From a virus: DNA of 64,000 nt. Under the pieces are notes generated by a model. It did no database searches. It was not told the origin of the DNA and saw only the letters and a list, made by a program, of their open reading frames with translations. The translations under genes and the position numbers were made by a program. Each line of letters starts with the position of its first letter. The stretch's first letter is position 1. Location of the stretch: IMG/VR virus record IMGVR_UViG_3300032046_006283, positions 1 through 64,000 of that record; one strand, written 5' to 3'. Of the stretch, positions 10,111 to 19,512 are shown one piece after another.

Positions 10111-10170
10111 TTAAACCTCCTGGCTTTTGTTTCTAATTAAATATACAATCTTTTTAATAAATTTCAAAGG

Positions 10171-11088
10171 TTAAATTTGGTTTAAAAGACTATTTTTTAC
10201 AAACTCTACATTATTTAAAATATCATTTTCCCAAAAACGTAAAAGAATGTAACCATTTTCTTTTGCTATTTTATTCACTTCTGCGTCTCGCTTCTTATTT
10301 TTTAATTGATATTCACTAAATTTCTTATAAAACTTTGGATTTCCATGGTGATAATCTCCTTCAACTTCTACTAAAATATTGGTGTTCAAAAAATGAAAAT
10401 CTACTAAATGATTACCTAAACGAAATTGTTTTTCATAAGGGATACCTAAAAATGTTAATATATCTTGCATCGCAAGTTCTGGTTTAGTATCTTTGTAAGG
10501 ACCTGGATGAGTTTGAATACGAACTAACGCAGCTTCACTTTTAGATCTTGAAGTAAAGTCATTTCTCTTAAGAATCTCTTTAATGGTCGTATTGTCACAT
10601 TTCCACTTTTTGCTTAAAATAAGAGTACTTGGTTTTTCTTTTGAAAAATACTCTTTACAAATTTGTAATTCTTGTTCTTTTGTAAATTTTTTATGTATAT
10701 CACTTGTTTTTTTACGTATTTCTAAATCTACCCAAGCCTCCTTAATAGTTCTTAAAGTACCTCCATTTCTTATAATAATATTTCTTATAGCAGAATTACT
10801 ACAATCCCATTTCTTAGCTAAAGTATAAATGCTTGGTTTTTCTTTAGAAAAATATTCTTTACAAATTTGTTTTTCTTCTTTTTTGGAAAATATTTTTCTT
10901 GTTTCCCATGAGTTTCTCAAAATACCTTTATTTCTTCGAATAATGTGTTCAATAGTTGTCGAATTGCACTTCCATTTCTTACCTAAAGTAATAATACTTA
11001 GTCTCTCATCGGAAAAATATTCATTACAAATTTGTTGCTCTTCTTCTTTTGTAAATTTATTATTACCATTCATTTTTAAAAACTCCAA
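10171..11088 (-). CDS. Vsr/DUF559-like homing-type endonuclease with three N-terminal HTH repeats
   Basis: Three repeats of F(T/S)KxxExQICxEYFS; C-terminal TKPE...VDF...VEVEGDYHHG...LRFWENDI. Confidence 0.8.
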   Translation of the reverse strand: MEFLKMNGNNKFTKEEEQQICNEYFSDERLSIITLGKKWKCNSTTIEHIIRRNKGILRNSWETRKIFSKKEEKQICKEYFSKEKPSIYTLAKKWDCSNSAIRNIIIRNGGTLRTIKEAWVDLEIRKKTSDIHKKFTKEQELQICKEYFSKEKPSTLILSKKWKCDNTTIKEILKRNDFTSRSKSEAALVRIQTHPGPYKDTKPELAMQDILTFLGIPYEKQFRLGNHLVDFHFLNTNILVEVEGDYHHGNPKFYKKFSEYQLKNKKRDAEVNKIAKENGYILLRFWENDILNNVEFVKNSLLNQI

Positions 11089-11097
11089 AACTTCTTT

Positions 11098-14000
11098 TTA
11101 AATTTGTTTATCTTCTCCTCCAGGTACACCAGGAGTAACACCAAAATCAGGAAAAATATCTTCTTTGATTGGTTTCTTCTTTTTGAGCAAGTTGCTCTCG
11201 CCCCACTGATCTTCACCATAATCTGGAGCCTCAGATTGTGCTGGTTCTGAAGGATAACTTGGCCCTTGATCTTCTCTTAAAAGTAAAGAAGGGCTATTAT
11301 AATTTGTATCAGAAGGTTGACCATAAAACCCTTCTTTTTGTCTAAGATTTAAAGAACTAACTTTTAAATTTCCTAATTCATCAAGAAACGATTCATCAAA
11401 ATTTCTAATTAAATAATCTCCATAAACACCAGATATATGAGCTTCGTGTATTACTTTATCTATCGCAATCATTTTCTCTTGAGGAGTTTTAGCATTTTGT
11501 AAAACTTCTACTAAATATTTCTCTACTTCTATTTGGTTTTTTAAATCCTCGGAAGGAAATCCAGAAACTTCCCATCCATCCCATTCAATCCACCCTTCTA
11601 AAACAATAATAAAACTTGAAATAATTTCATCCATTAAAGAAATATCATAAAGACCTTTTGCTTCTTGTTTATATAATCTTATAAGATCTTGTTTTTTAAC
11701 ATATACTACTACATCCTCATATGCTTTTTTCTTTAAATTTAACGAAGCCATATCAATTCGAGGATCTAAATTATGTTCTACAATTGAATCATTTTTGTCA
11801 TGCCTTGGAGGATTTGTTCTACGTAATTTTTTATCTGTTTTATCAATTACTTGTGAATCTTCTGGAATTTCAGAGTCAGATATAATAGCTTTTTTCTTAT
11901 TTGTTACTTTTTTCTTTTTCGGCCAAGAATGAGGATAATCTAAAGACTTTAATATAGGATTTGAAACTGAACTTTTTCGAAATAAAAGAGAAGCTTCTTT
12001 CATTAAACCTTTAAATGTAGCTATTTTTTTCAAATTTAAACTTTTATAGAATGAGAATTCTTCAACTTCTTTAGGAGTATTAGGATTATTATCAGCATAA
12101 TAACGAACATCTATATCTTTATCTTTAGTCAACTCTGTTAATGTTTCAGAAGGAGTATTTGGATTCTCTGCAACTCTTGCACGAACACTTGAATATTTAT
12201 CTTTAGCTAATTCTGCTAATGTTTCTGAAAGAGTATTTGGATTCTCTGCAACTCTTGCACGAACACTTGAATATTTATCTTTAGCTAATTCTGCTAATGT
12301 TTCTGAAAGAGTATTTGGATTCTCTGCAACTAGAATGTGAACATTTCGGTTTTCATCTTTAGCTAATCCGGCTAAAGTTTCTGGAGAAGTATTTGGATTT
12401 TCTGCTACACATTGACGAATTCTCACCTTTTTATCTTTTGCTAATTCTGCTAAAATTTCTGGAGGAGTAGAAGGAGCTTCAGCAATTTCTAAGCGATCCC
12501 ACGCATCTTTCTCTTTTATAATCTCCAGAGGAGTAAAATATCTTTTAGGAGTTACAACTTCTTCTCCTCTTAATTTTAAATCTTCGGCAACAAGTTTTTG
12601 AAGATCCTTCGACAAATAAGACATTAGTTGTTCTGGAGTAGCTTGTGCTTTTATTTCTAAAGCATCTGAAAACCATTCTTTGATTCTAGGAAAATCATGA
12701 AACATTAAACCAGTGTTATGCTCAACGTCATTTATATGATCAATGATAGTTATAAGTTGGTTTGTATCAGAATTATTTTTAAGCTGAATTAAAGATTCAA
12801 CTATATGACCCCAAGGTTTACCACCATATTGAGAATACCATTTTCCTTTATTATATAATTCTTGAAGCTGTTCTAATGTTAAATCTTTAAAAGCAGGTAA
12901 ATTAAGTTTCTCTTTCCAATATTCCCATCCTAACAAAGTACCAAACCACTTTTTTCGTTTCAGTGATATTAATGCATCTCGATGTTTTGAGGCTTCTGCA
13001 TAAACCATTTTTGTAATTAGAGGAACATAAACTTCTTTAACTTGATTAACAATCATATCCTTATATTCTTTAGCATAAGAATTTGTTTCTAAATATTGAT
13101 CAGAAAGTAAAGAAACACCATAAAAGTCAAAGAAAAGTTGTTTGTCTATTTGAGCTATTTTACGAAGAGATAAAGATGATTTTACACTCATACCACTATA
13201 AAACAAAATAGAGTTTGCAAGATATTTTTGCAACTCTTTTAAATTATCAATTCTATTTACATTATTTATAATCTTTCGTTTATCGTCTTCATCAATATTA
13301 GATGGTTCAACTTTATCTAAAATAATTTGTTTTGCTGTTTCTAAATTTGTTGCGCTCCAAACATCTTGAGCAATATCTTCTAAAATAGATTTAACAGGTC
13401 CTTTATAAGCAGAATTAATTTTAGAAATAAAATCTTTCTTTGATTTTGTTACAAATTCAACGTTTTCAGCATAACTTCCCGCGATTATGTTAACACCCTC
13501 TGATAATCCTAAAGTGTCTATTAAATCTGAAAGATTGTCTGAAAATTCTTCAAATGAACCAGTACCTTCATACCATCTAATATATTGAGGTTTATAAATA
13601 TTGTATGTGCCTCTTGTTACTAAATCAAACTCTCTACCATTTGTAGGTAATCCAATAGTTTCAAACCAATGTATATGAGTCATCATAGGATCTGGATCAA
13701 AATAAATTTTTCCTTTATATATAGCCCAAAGTCCTTCATTTTCTCCAATATAAGAAAATCTTAAACTTCCAACAACTGGTGCCGGAGTTAAAGTAAAATA
13801 ACTTAAATCTACAAGTAACTGATTACGAATTGCCCAAGCAATATCTTCACTACGATCTTTTGAAATATTCAAATCGTCTTCTAAATGCAAAATTAATTCA
13901 AATATAAACACTGATCTATCTAATTCTTCATAAATTTCTCCAGCATCATTTAAACGTTCGTATTGTTTAACAAAACTTTCTACAAACTCTTTTTCTGTAG

Positions 14001-17000
14001 GTGTTAACATAACTTTTTTTATTATACCAAATTCATCTTGTGTTTTTTCTTGAGTTTTCTTTTTTAATGAACCGAAATGTGTTAATTTACCTTGTTCTTT
14101 CAAAAAAGTGATTAAATTATCCCAAGCTTCATAACTTTCTTTTTCTTGTTCTTTCGATATTCCTTCTTCAGCTGCTTTATCAAGATAATCTTCATATTCT
14201 ATTTTTAAATGCATAAGTATTGAAAAATCAATATGCATCATATTTATAACATTGTCAATAGCAATAATTTGTGAATTAATATCAAAAGCACTATTTAACT
14301 CTTCTAAACGTTGTTTCATTTCTTCTATAACTTGTAATTCACCTGCTTCTTCTCTAACACTTCCCGGATACCTTTTATACCATTTTAAATAATCTTCAAA
14401 AAAGAACATTAAATCTCGAACAACTTTATTTGTTAAACTATTTAACTTTTTTTCTATTTGTTCAAACTTCTGTATTTCTTTATCTGTTAAAGTTCCTTCA
14501 TTATATTTTTGTTCCAATTCTCGATATTGAATTTCAAGGTCATAAACTGCTTGAAGTTCATTAGGGGTAACAACTGCTTTCTTTCTCATACTTAAAGATG
14601 TTTTAAATTCTTTCATTTTTTGACTCATTGCAAATTCTATAATAGAAGCTTCATCTTCTGTTAATTGACCAAAATCTAAAGCTGTATTCATTTCTTTTTT
14701 GATTTGATTTATTTCCTCTTCATTTTTTGCTTTATCTATATTTTTAAAAAAAATACGTTCTTTCTTTTTGGAAGATACTTTTGTACCTGTAAAAAGTTTA
14801 TAAGCTTTTTCAACCCATTCTGATATATTTGTATCTCCCCAATTATTTATCAATTCATAAATAGATGCTTGTATTATATAAGCCGGAATTAATGTGTGTA
14901 AAGCCTTAGCCGCTTCAGTTCTATGAATACCATCAATTACTTTGTATCTGCCGTTGTCAGGCACCGTGATAATAGGTTTAATTGGTGTTCCTTCCTTGTA
15001 TAAAGCTACTAATTTTTGTACTTTTTTAGGATCAGCACCTAATTCATTCCATTCACTCGGATCTATTAAATTTGGATCTAACTCGGAAAGTTCTATATTT
15101 ATGTCTTTTATTCCTTCTTCTTCAAGGAATTTATCAATACCTTCTGGAGAATAATCTTCTAATAAATCTTCTTCTCTATTTGCTATTACTTTTCGAAAAG
15201 TTAAATTACTAACTTTTAAATTACCTAATTCTTCAAAAAAGGAGCTATAAAAATCTTCAACTAAATATTCTCCATATAATCCTGTTTCATGTGCTGTATT
15301 TATAGTGTGGTCTATTGCTATCATTTTATCTTGTGGTGTTTTAGCTAATTTCAACATATCAATTAAATATTTTTGATCCTTTACTAATTTCGGAGTGCTT
15401 TCATATTCAGGATAATATTGAACGTTTGATGCAATCAAAATTGTTAAAATTCTTATAAATTCTGAAATAATTTCATCCATTAATTCTTCATCATATATAC
15501 CTTTAACTTCTTGCTTATATAATTTTTTTAAATCCTGAGTTGTTATACTTGATGTTGGATATTCCTCAGGCACTTCTATTTTATAAAAATCTTTAAATTC
15601 TCTTTTTAATTTATCAGCAAAAACCATTTCTTTTATATCTGTTTCAAAAGTTAAATAACTTTCTTTTTTCAAAACTTCTTTTTTACATTCATCACAAATT
15701 CCATGACTTATATATGGTAAATATTTAGAATACTCTTCATTAGTTAAATGCTTAATAATATGTCTTGTACTTCTATCAAATATTCCTTTACACCAAGCGC
15801 ATATACCATATTTTGAATAATCTAAATTTTCTATGTCAATTTCTTTAGTTTCTTCTTGCGGAACTTTTTCCATAGGAAGGTCTTTCTGCATATCAGATCT
15901 CATATTTAAACTACCAATTTTTAAATTACCTAATTCTTCAAAAAAAGTTTCATCAGAATCTGTTAAAGTCTCTCCATATGTTCCAGAAGCGTGAGCAGTA
16001 TGTATTACTTGATCAATAGCAATCATTTTTTCTTGAAGTGTTTTTGCTTCTTCTAGAATCCTTATTAATTTTTTTGTTTGTTTTTCTTGTTCTGGATCGT
16101 ACCACTTATTAAATTCCTCTAACAAATAAATAAACTTTGAAACAATTTCATTTAACAATTTTTCATCATATATACCTTTAGCTTCTTGTGTATATAATCT
16201 TATTAATTCTTGTTTTGTAACTAAAGAAGATGCAATTCTATTAAGAAAAGTTTCTAAATCTTCTTCTTCTTGAGCTTTTCTTTTCATATTTAAACTACCA
16301 AAAGGTTTTGTAACGGGTCTTTGGAAACTTTTCCAAACTTCTTTTCCAAGTTCTTTCCAAGTAGGAAATTTTTTCTTTTCTTTTGGTTCTGGTTCACCAA
16401 ACTCTTCAACTGGAATAGGAATCTCTTCTTCTGGTTCTATATCTAATTCAAATGTTAAAGGTTTTGTTTCTTTCTCTTCTAAAGGTTTTTCAATAGGTTT
16501 TTTAACTTCTACAGGTTCTTCTTTTTCAATTATAGGTTCTTTCTTTAGCATCTCAACTTTAGGAACTTCTTTAACTTCTTCATGTTTTGTCATTCTTATT
16601 TCATCTGGTAAAAAAGGAGAAGTAAAACCTACTGTAAATACAGTAGCAATATTTCTAGAAACATTTGTCAACTCTGTAATTTTTACATCATAAGAACCAT
16701 CTGCATTTTTCTTCTTTATAATCCCTTTTCCTTTTAAAGTACCTCCTGGACCTTTTCTTGCAGCTCCAAAAAATCTGGTAGTATCAAAAACAACCTCATC
16801 ACCTACATTGAATTCTTTTCTTTCTGCAGCAACTTTATTTTGAGCATTTTTCTTAAAAATTTGAGAAATAGGTGAAAAAAATTCTTCGCTTTGTACTGGA
16901 AATTCATTAAATCGAAGTTTAAGTTGTTGTGGAATTATAAATTGTTCTTCAATATTTTTTCGTATAGTTTCTTTTAAACCTTTTTCATGTTTAAATTCAA

Positions 17001-18393
17001 AAGGTTTTTCAAAAGCTTTATATTTATCTTTTTGTTCTTCTTTATCCTTTTCTTTTTTTAGTTTTAATTTATCCATAAATGTAGGTTCTGAAAATACTAT
17101 ATCCATTTGTACAAACTCTTGAATTAAAGGTTCGTTAGCTTCTTTCTTTCTCATATTCAAACTCGCTGTCATTTGAGAAGCTGGATTATCTTCCCATAAC
17201 CAAGGACTTCTTTCTATCCTTTCAAGAGAAGGAAATACTATATTATAACCTTGATCCGCTTCTCTATCTTCCCACCTATCTTCTCCTTGTTGATAAGTAT
17301 GCCAAGATTGATGTTCTCCTTGAATTTCATCTAAAGAATTGTCTGGAATAGGTTCAGAAACGGTGGATGCTTGTCTCCTAATTACTTTAAAACTTTTTAA
17401 TCCTCTAAATACTTTAGCAATGATACCTCTTTGAATAACTTCTTTAGCTAATTCTATTTCTTTTTCAGTTACATCTGTCTTCTTACCTCTTGCTATATCC
17501 CATATTTCATCTGGACTGTATTTGTTCAAGAGGTCGGAGTAAGGAACATCTATTATATTTGGAATTTTTTCTTTTAAAGTTTCTTCTTCTTTCGTAATCA
17601 AAAGATCTTTTAATATTTCTTTTTCTTTTTTAGAAGGTTCTCTTAATCCTAAAGATTCAGCCATAGCTTCTTCAATTGCTTTTAATACTAAATCTTTTGA
17701 AAATGCTTCTTGTAAACCATATTCTTCCATAACATAAATTTCCCAATTTTTAATAAAAGATTGTGGAAATTTATTTGAAAAATCTGCAATTAATCCATTT
17801 ATAAAATGCATACTTACATTTTTCTTTTTCGCTATATGATTTACAAAATAATAAACATCTATTCGAGAAACAATTTCAGAACCATATTTATTAAGTTCCT
17901 TCAAAATTTCATCCACATATAATGACCAATCTTGAGCTTCTTTTTTCATATTTAAACTTCCACATATTCCAGGACCATAAGAAGGAGATCCTGGAGTTGA
18001 ATCATATTCCATTGGATTAGAAACATTTGGATCTATGTTAAATATATTACCTTGCTCATCTGGATAATTATGAAAAGGAAATCTTAGTTTTGGTTTTTTT
18101 GGACCTTTAGGATATTCATCAGACTTTCCTGGTTCATAAAAATTTTCTTGGAGTGTTTCAGCATCTGCTTTTTTAAAATTTAAAGAAGCGACTTTTGAAA
18201 TATAAGGTAAAATTGCATTCCTTAATTCATTTGGTGATTCAAACCAAGTACCTTGGAGTTTATCCAATATATATTTTTCATAATAAGGATAATTTGGATG
18301 TCCCGGAGGAACACCATATTCACCTAAAAGTTGAGAAACCAAATTAGGATCTGCAACAATCCAATTTGGTTCCCTTCCAAATCGCAATTTCAT
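11098..18393 (-). CDS. Giant 2431-aa mosaic protein (ParB-like domain, LRV repeats, triplicated helical domain, KOW/SH3-like module)
   Basis: Uninterrupted ORF; ParB-like KVIDGIHRTEAA; recurring SLNMxKKA linkers. Confidence 0.8.
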   Translation of the reverse strand: MKLRFGREPNWIVADPNLVSQLLGEYGVPPGHPNYPYYEKYILDKLQGTWFESPNELRNAILPYISKVASLNFKKADAETLQENFYEPGKSDEYPKGPKKPKLRFPFHNYPDEQGNIFNIDPNVSNPMEYDSTPGSPSYGPGICGSLNMKKEAQDWSLYVDEILKELNKYGSEIVSRIDVYYFVNHIAKKKNVSMHFINGLIADFSNKFPQSFIKNWEIYVMEEYGLQEAFSKDLVLKAIEEAMAESLGLREPSKKEKEILKDLLITKEEETLKEKIPNIIDVPYSDLLNKYSPDEIWDIARGKKTDVTEKEIELAKEVIQRGIIAKVFRGLKSFKVIRRQASTVSEPIPDNSLDEIQGEHQSWHTYQQGEDRWEDREADQGYNIVFPSLERIERSPWLWEDNPASQMTASLNMRKKEANEPLIQEFVQMDIVFSEPTFMDKLKLKKEKDKEEQKDKYKAFEKPFEFKHEKGLKETIRKNIEEQFIIPQQLKLRFNEFPVQSEEFFSPISQIFKKNAQNKVAAERKEFNVGDEVVFDTTRFFGAARKGPGGTLKGKGIIKKKNADGSYDVKITELTNVSRNIATVFTVGFTSPFLPDEIRMTKHEEVKEVPKVEMLKKEPIIEKEEPVEVKKPIEKPLEEKETKPLTFELDIEPEEEIPIPVEEFGEPEPKEKKKFPTWKELGKEVWKSFQRPVTKPFGSLNMKRKAQEEEDLETFLNRIASSLVTKQELIRLYTQEAKGIYDEKLLNEIVSKFIYLLEEFNKWYDPEQEKQTKKLIRILEEAKTLQEKMIAIDQVIHTAHASGTYGETLTDSDETFFEELGNLKIGSLNMRSDMQKDLPMEKVPQEETKEIDIENLDYSKYGICAWCKGIFDRSTRHIIKHLTNEEYSKYLPYISHGICDECKKEVLKKESYLTFETDIKEMVFADKLKREFKDFYKIEVPEEYPTSSITTQDLKKLYKQEVKGIYDEELMDEIISEFIRILTILIASNVQYYPEYESTPKLVKDQKYLIDMLKLAKTPQDKMIAIDHTINTAHETGLYGEYLVEDFYSSFFEELGNLKVSNLTFRKVIANREEDLLEDYSPEGIDKFLEEEGIKDINIELSELDPNLIDPSEWNELGADPKKVQKLVALYKEGTPIKPIITVPDNGRYKVIDGIHRTEAAKALHTLIPAYIIQASIYELINNWGDTNISEWVEKAYKLFTGTKVSSKKKERIFFKNIDKAKNEEEINQIKKEMNTALDFGQLTEDEASIIEFAMSQKMKEFKTSLSMRKKAVVTPNELQAVYDLEIQYRELEQKYNEGTLTDKEIQKFEQIEKKLNSLTNKVVRDLMFFFEDYLKWYKRYPGSVREEAGELQVIEEMKQRLEELNSAFDINSQIIAIDNVINMMHIDFSILMHLKIEYEDYLDKAAEEGISKEQEKESYEAWDNLITFLKEQGKLTHFGSLKKKTQEKTQDEFGIIKKVMLTPTEKEFVESFVKQYERLNDAGEIYEELDRSVFIFELILHLEDDLNISKDRSEDIAWAIRNQLLVDLSYFTLTPAPVVGSLRFSYIGENEGLWAIYKGKIYFDPDPMMTHIHWFETIGLPTNGREFDLVTRGTYNIYKPQYIRWYEGTGSFEEFSDNLSDLIDTLGLSEGVNIIAGSYAENVEFVTKSKKDFISKINSAYKGPVKSILEDIAQDVWSATNLETAKQIILDKVEPSNIDEDDKRKIINNVNRIDNLKELQKYLANSILFYSGMSVKSSLSLRKIAQIDKQLFFDFYGVSLLSDQYLETNSYAKEYKDMIVNQVKEVYVPLITKMVYAEASKHRDALISLKRKKWFGTLLGWEYWKEKLNLPAFKDLTLEQLQELYNKGKWYSQYGGKPWGHIVESLIQLKNNSDTNQLITIIDHINDVEHNTGLMFHDFPRIKEWFSDALEIKAQATPEQLMSYLSKDLQKLVAEDLKLRGEEVVTPKRYFTPLEIIKEKDAWDRLEIAEAPSTPPEILAELAKDKKVRIRQCVAENPNTSPETLAGLAKDENRNVHILVAENPNTLSETLAELAKDKYSSVRARVAENPNTLSETLAELAKDKYSSVRARVAENPNTPSETLTELTKDKDIDVRYYADNNPNTPKEVEEFSFYKSLNLKKIATFKGLMKEASLLFRKSSVSNPILKSLDYPHSWPKKKKVTNKKKAIISDSEIPEDSQVIDKTDKKLRRTNPPRHDKNDSIVEHNLDPRIDMASLNLKKKAYEDVVVYVKKQDLIRLYKQEAKGLYDISLMDEIISSFIIVLEGWIEWDGWEVSGFPSEDLKNQIEVEKYLVEVLQNAKTPQEKMIAIDKVIHEAHISGVYGDYLIRNFDESFLDELGNLKVSSLNLRQKEGFYGQPSDTNYNSPSLLLREDQGPSYPSEPAQSEAPDYGEDQWGESNLLKKKKPIKEDIFPDFGVTPGVPGGEDKQI
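12075..12500 (-). repeat. Leucine-rich-variant (LRV/HEAT-like) 24-aa repeats, including an exact 72-bp tandem duplication
   Basis: VAENPNT(L/P/S)xETLAELAKD about six times; KYSSVRARVAENPNT repeated identically at DNA level. Confidence 0.85.
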
Positions 18394-18395
18394 TT

Positions 18396-18587
18396 TTAGT
18401 TCTCCTTTGTGTATCTCACTTTCTTTTTATACTCATAACTTACTATCTTATTTTGATGCACAGTAATTAATGTTTCACTATACGGAGAACTAGACAAATC
18501 TTTTATTATATCCTTAATTTTCTTCAAATCCTCTTCAGATACTTGTTGTAATATAGTAGCAATTTCAGTTATAATCTTTTCTTTCAT
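18396..18587 (-). CDS. Small protein, DUF2292/YezD-like
   Basis: YSETLITVHQNKIVSYEYKKKVR resembles the DUF2292 pattern. Confidence 0.45.
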   Translation of the reverse strand: MKEKIITEIATILQQVSEEDLKKIKDIIKDLSSSPYSETLITVHQNKIVSYEYKKKVRYTKEN

Positions 18588-18588
18588 T

Positions 18589-19236
18589 TTATTCCTTTAC
18601 CATATATAATTTAAACTTTTCCACTAAATGAAAGATGTTACCTGTTATAACAATTTGAGGCTTTAACATTTCTTCTACTTTTACAACTTTTGAATCTCTT
18701 TGGATTTTTTGTTCTTGTACTGCAATATCATTTAAAGCAGATGATATACTGGTAATTTCAGTAATATTAAAATCACTAGTAGTTATTTCTTTTTCGGTAA
18801 CCTCAAATTTTTCTACATTGCCAAGTGTAACTTTAAGTTTTGAAACTGGTTTATCATCTTCTACTTTATTTGTTCTAAGAGCACTCATTGCATCCAATTT
18901 TAAAAGATTCGTTTCTTCCAATGGATAAACTTCTACTCCTTCAGATTTTTGCACTTCTATTCCTTTCAATGAAGGTCTTTGTTTTTCGACTTTAACAGAT
19001 TTTCCCGTAATAGACGTATTATCTCCAGGTAACCCTTCAATGTTAAGGTCTACTACTAAAGAATTTTCAACATACTGAATTGTCAATGATTTTACATCCT
19101 TTGAGTCAACTTTTTTACCATTAATAATAACAATAATGGTATCATTGTAAAATTCTCCAGCTTTATGTGCTGGATTAACCTTTCCAACATTAATAGCAAC
19201 TTCTGTTGGATTAACACCTTTACTTCTTTTAACCAT
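18589..19236 (-). CDS. Hypothetical protein
   Basis: 215-aa ORF with strong AGGAGG RBS. Confidence 0.6.
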   Translation of the reverse strand: MVKRSKGVNPTEVAINVGKVNPAHKAGEFYNDTIIVIINGKKVDSKDVKSLTIQYVENSLVVDLNIEGLPGDNTSITGKSVKVEKQRPSLKGIEVQKSEGVEVYPLEETNLLKLDAMSALRTNKVEDDKPVSKLKVTLGNVEKFEVTEKEITTSDFNITEITSISSALNDIAVQEQKIQRDSKVVKVEEMLKPQIVITGNIFHLVEKFKLYMVKE

Positions 19237-19279
19237 AACTCCTCCTTTACTTTTATTTAAAATTTTTAATTTCTAAATT

Positions 19280-19510
19280 TTAGAAGCGTGGAATAAAAGT
19301 TGTAGATAATAATACCACAGAATGTAAAACTTCTGGAGCTAAAAAGAAACATCTAACAGAATCTTTAGCTATATCCCAAGCATATAATTTCCCATCTCTT
19401 AGCTCAAGAGGTTCAATTGTACGAGTTGAGCGCTCATTTTTTTGATTTGTGTAGTCAATTTCTAACATTTGATGGTTTTGAATTGCGATATAAATATCTT
19501 CAACTGCCAT
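19280..19510 (-). CDS. Stand-alone WYL domain protein
   Basis: LEIDYTNQKNERSTRTIEPLEL...LYAWD...VRCFFL. Confidence 0.8.
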   Translation of the reverse strand: MAVEDIYIAIQNHQMLEIDYTNQKNERSTRTIEPLELRDGKLYAWDIAKDSVRCFFLAPEVLHSVVLLSTTFIPRF

Positions 19511-19512
19511 AA

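Noticed and set aside
12075-12500. CRISPR array or DGR-like repeat
   Set aside because: The repeats are in-frame 72-bp protein repeats without spacers, and there is no cas or reverse transcriptase gene in the window.
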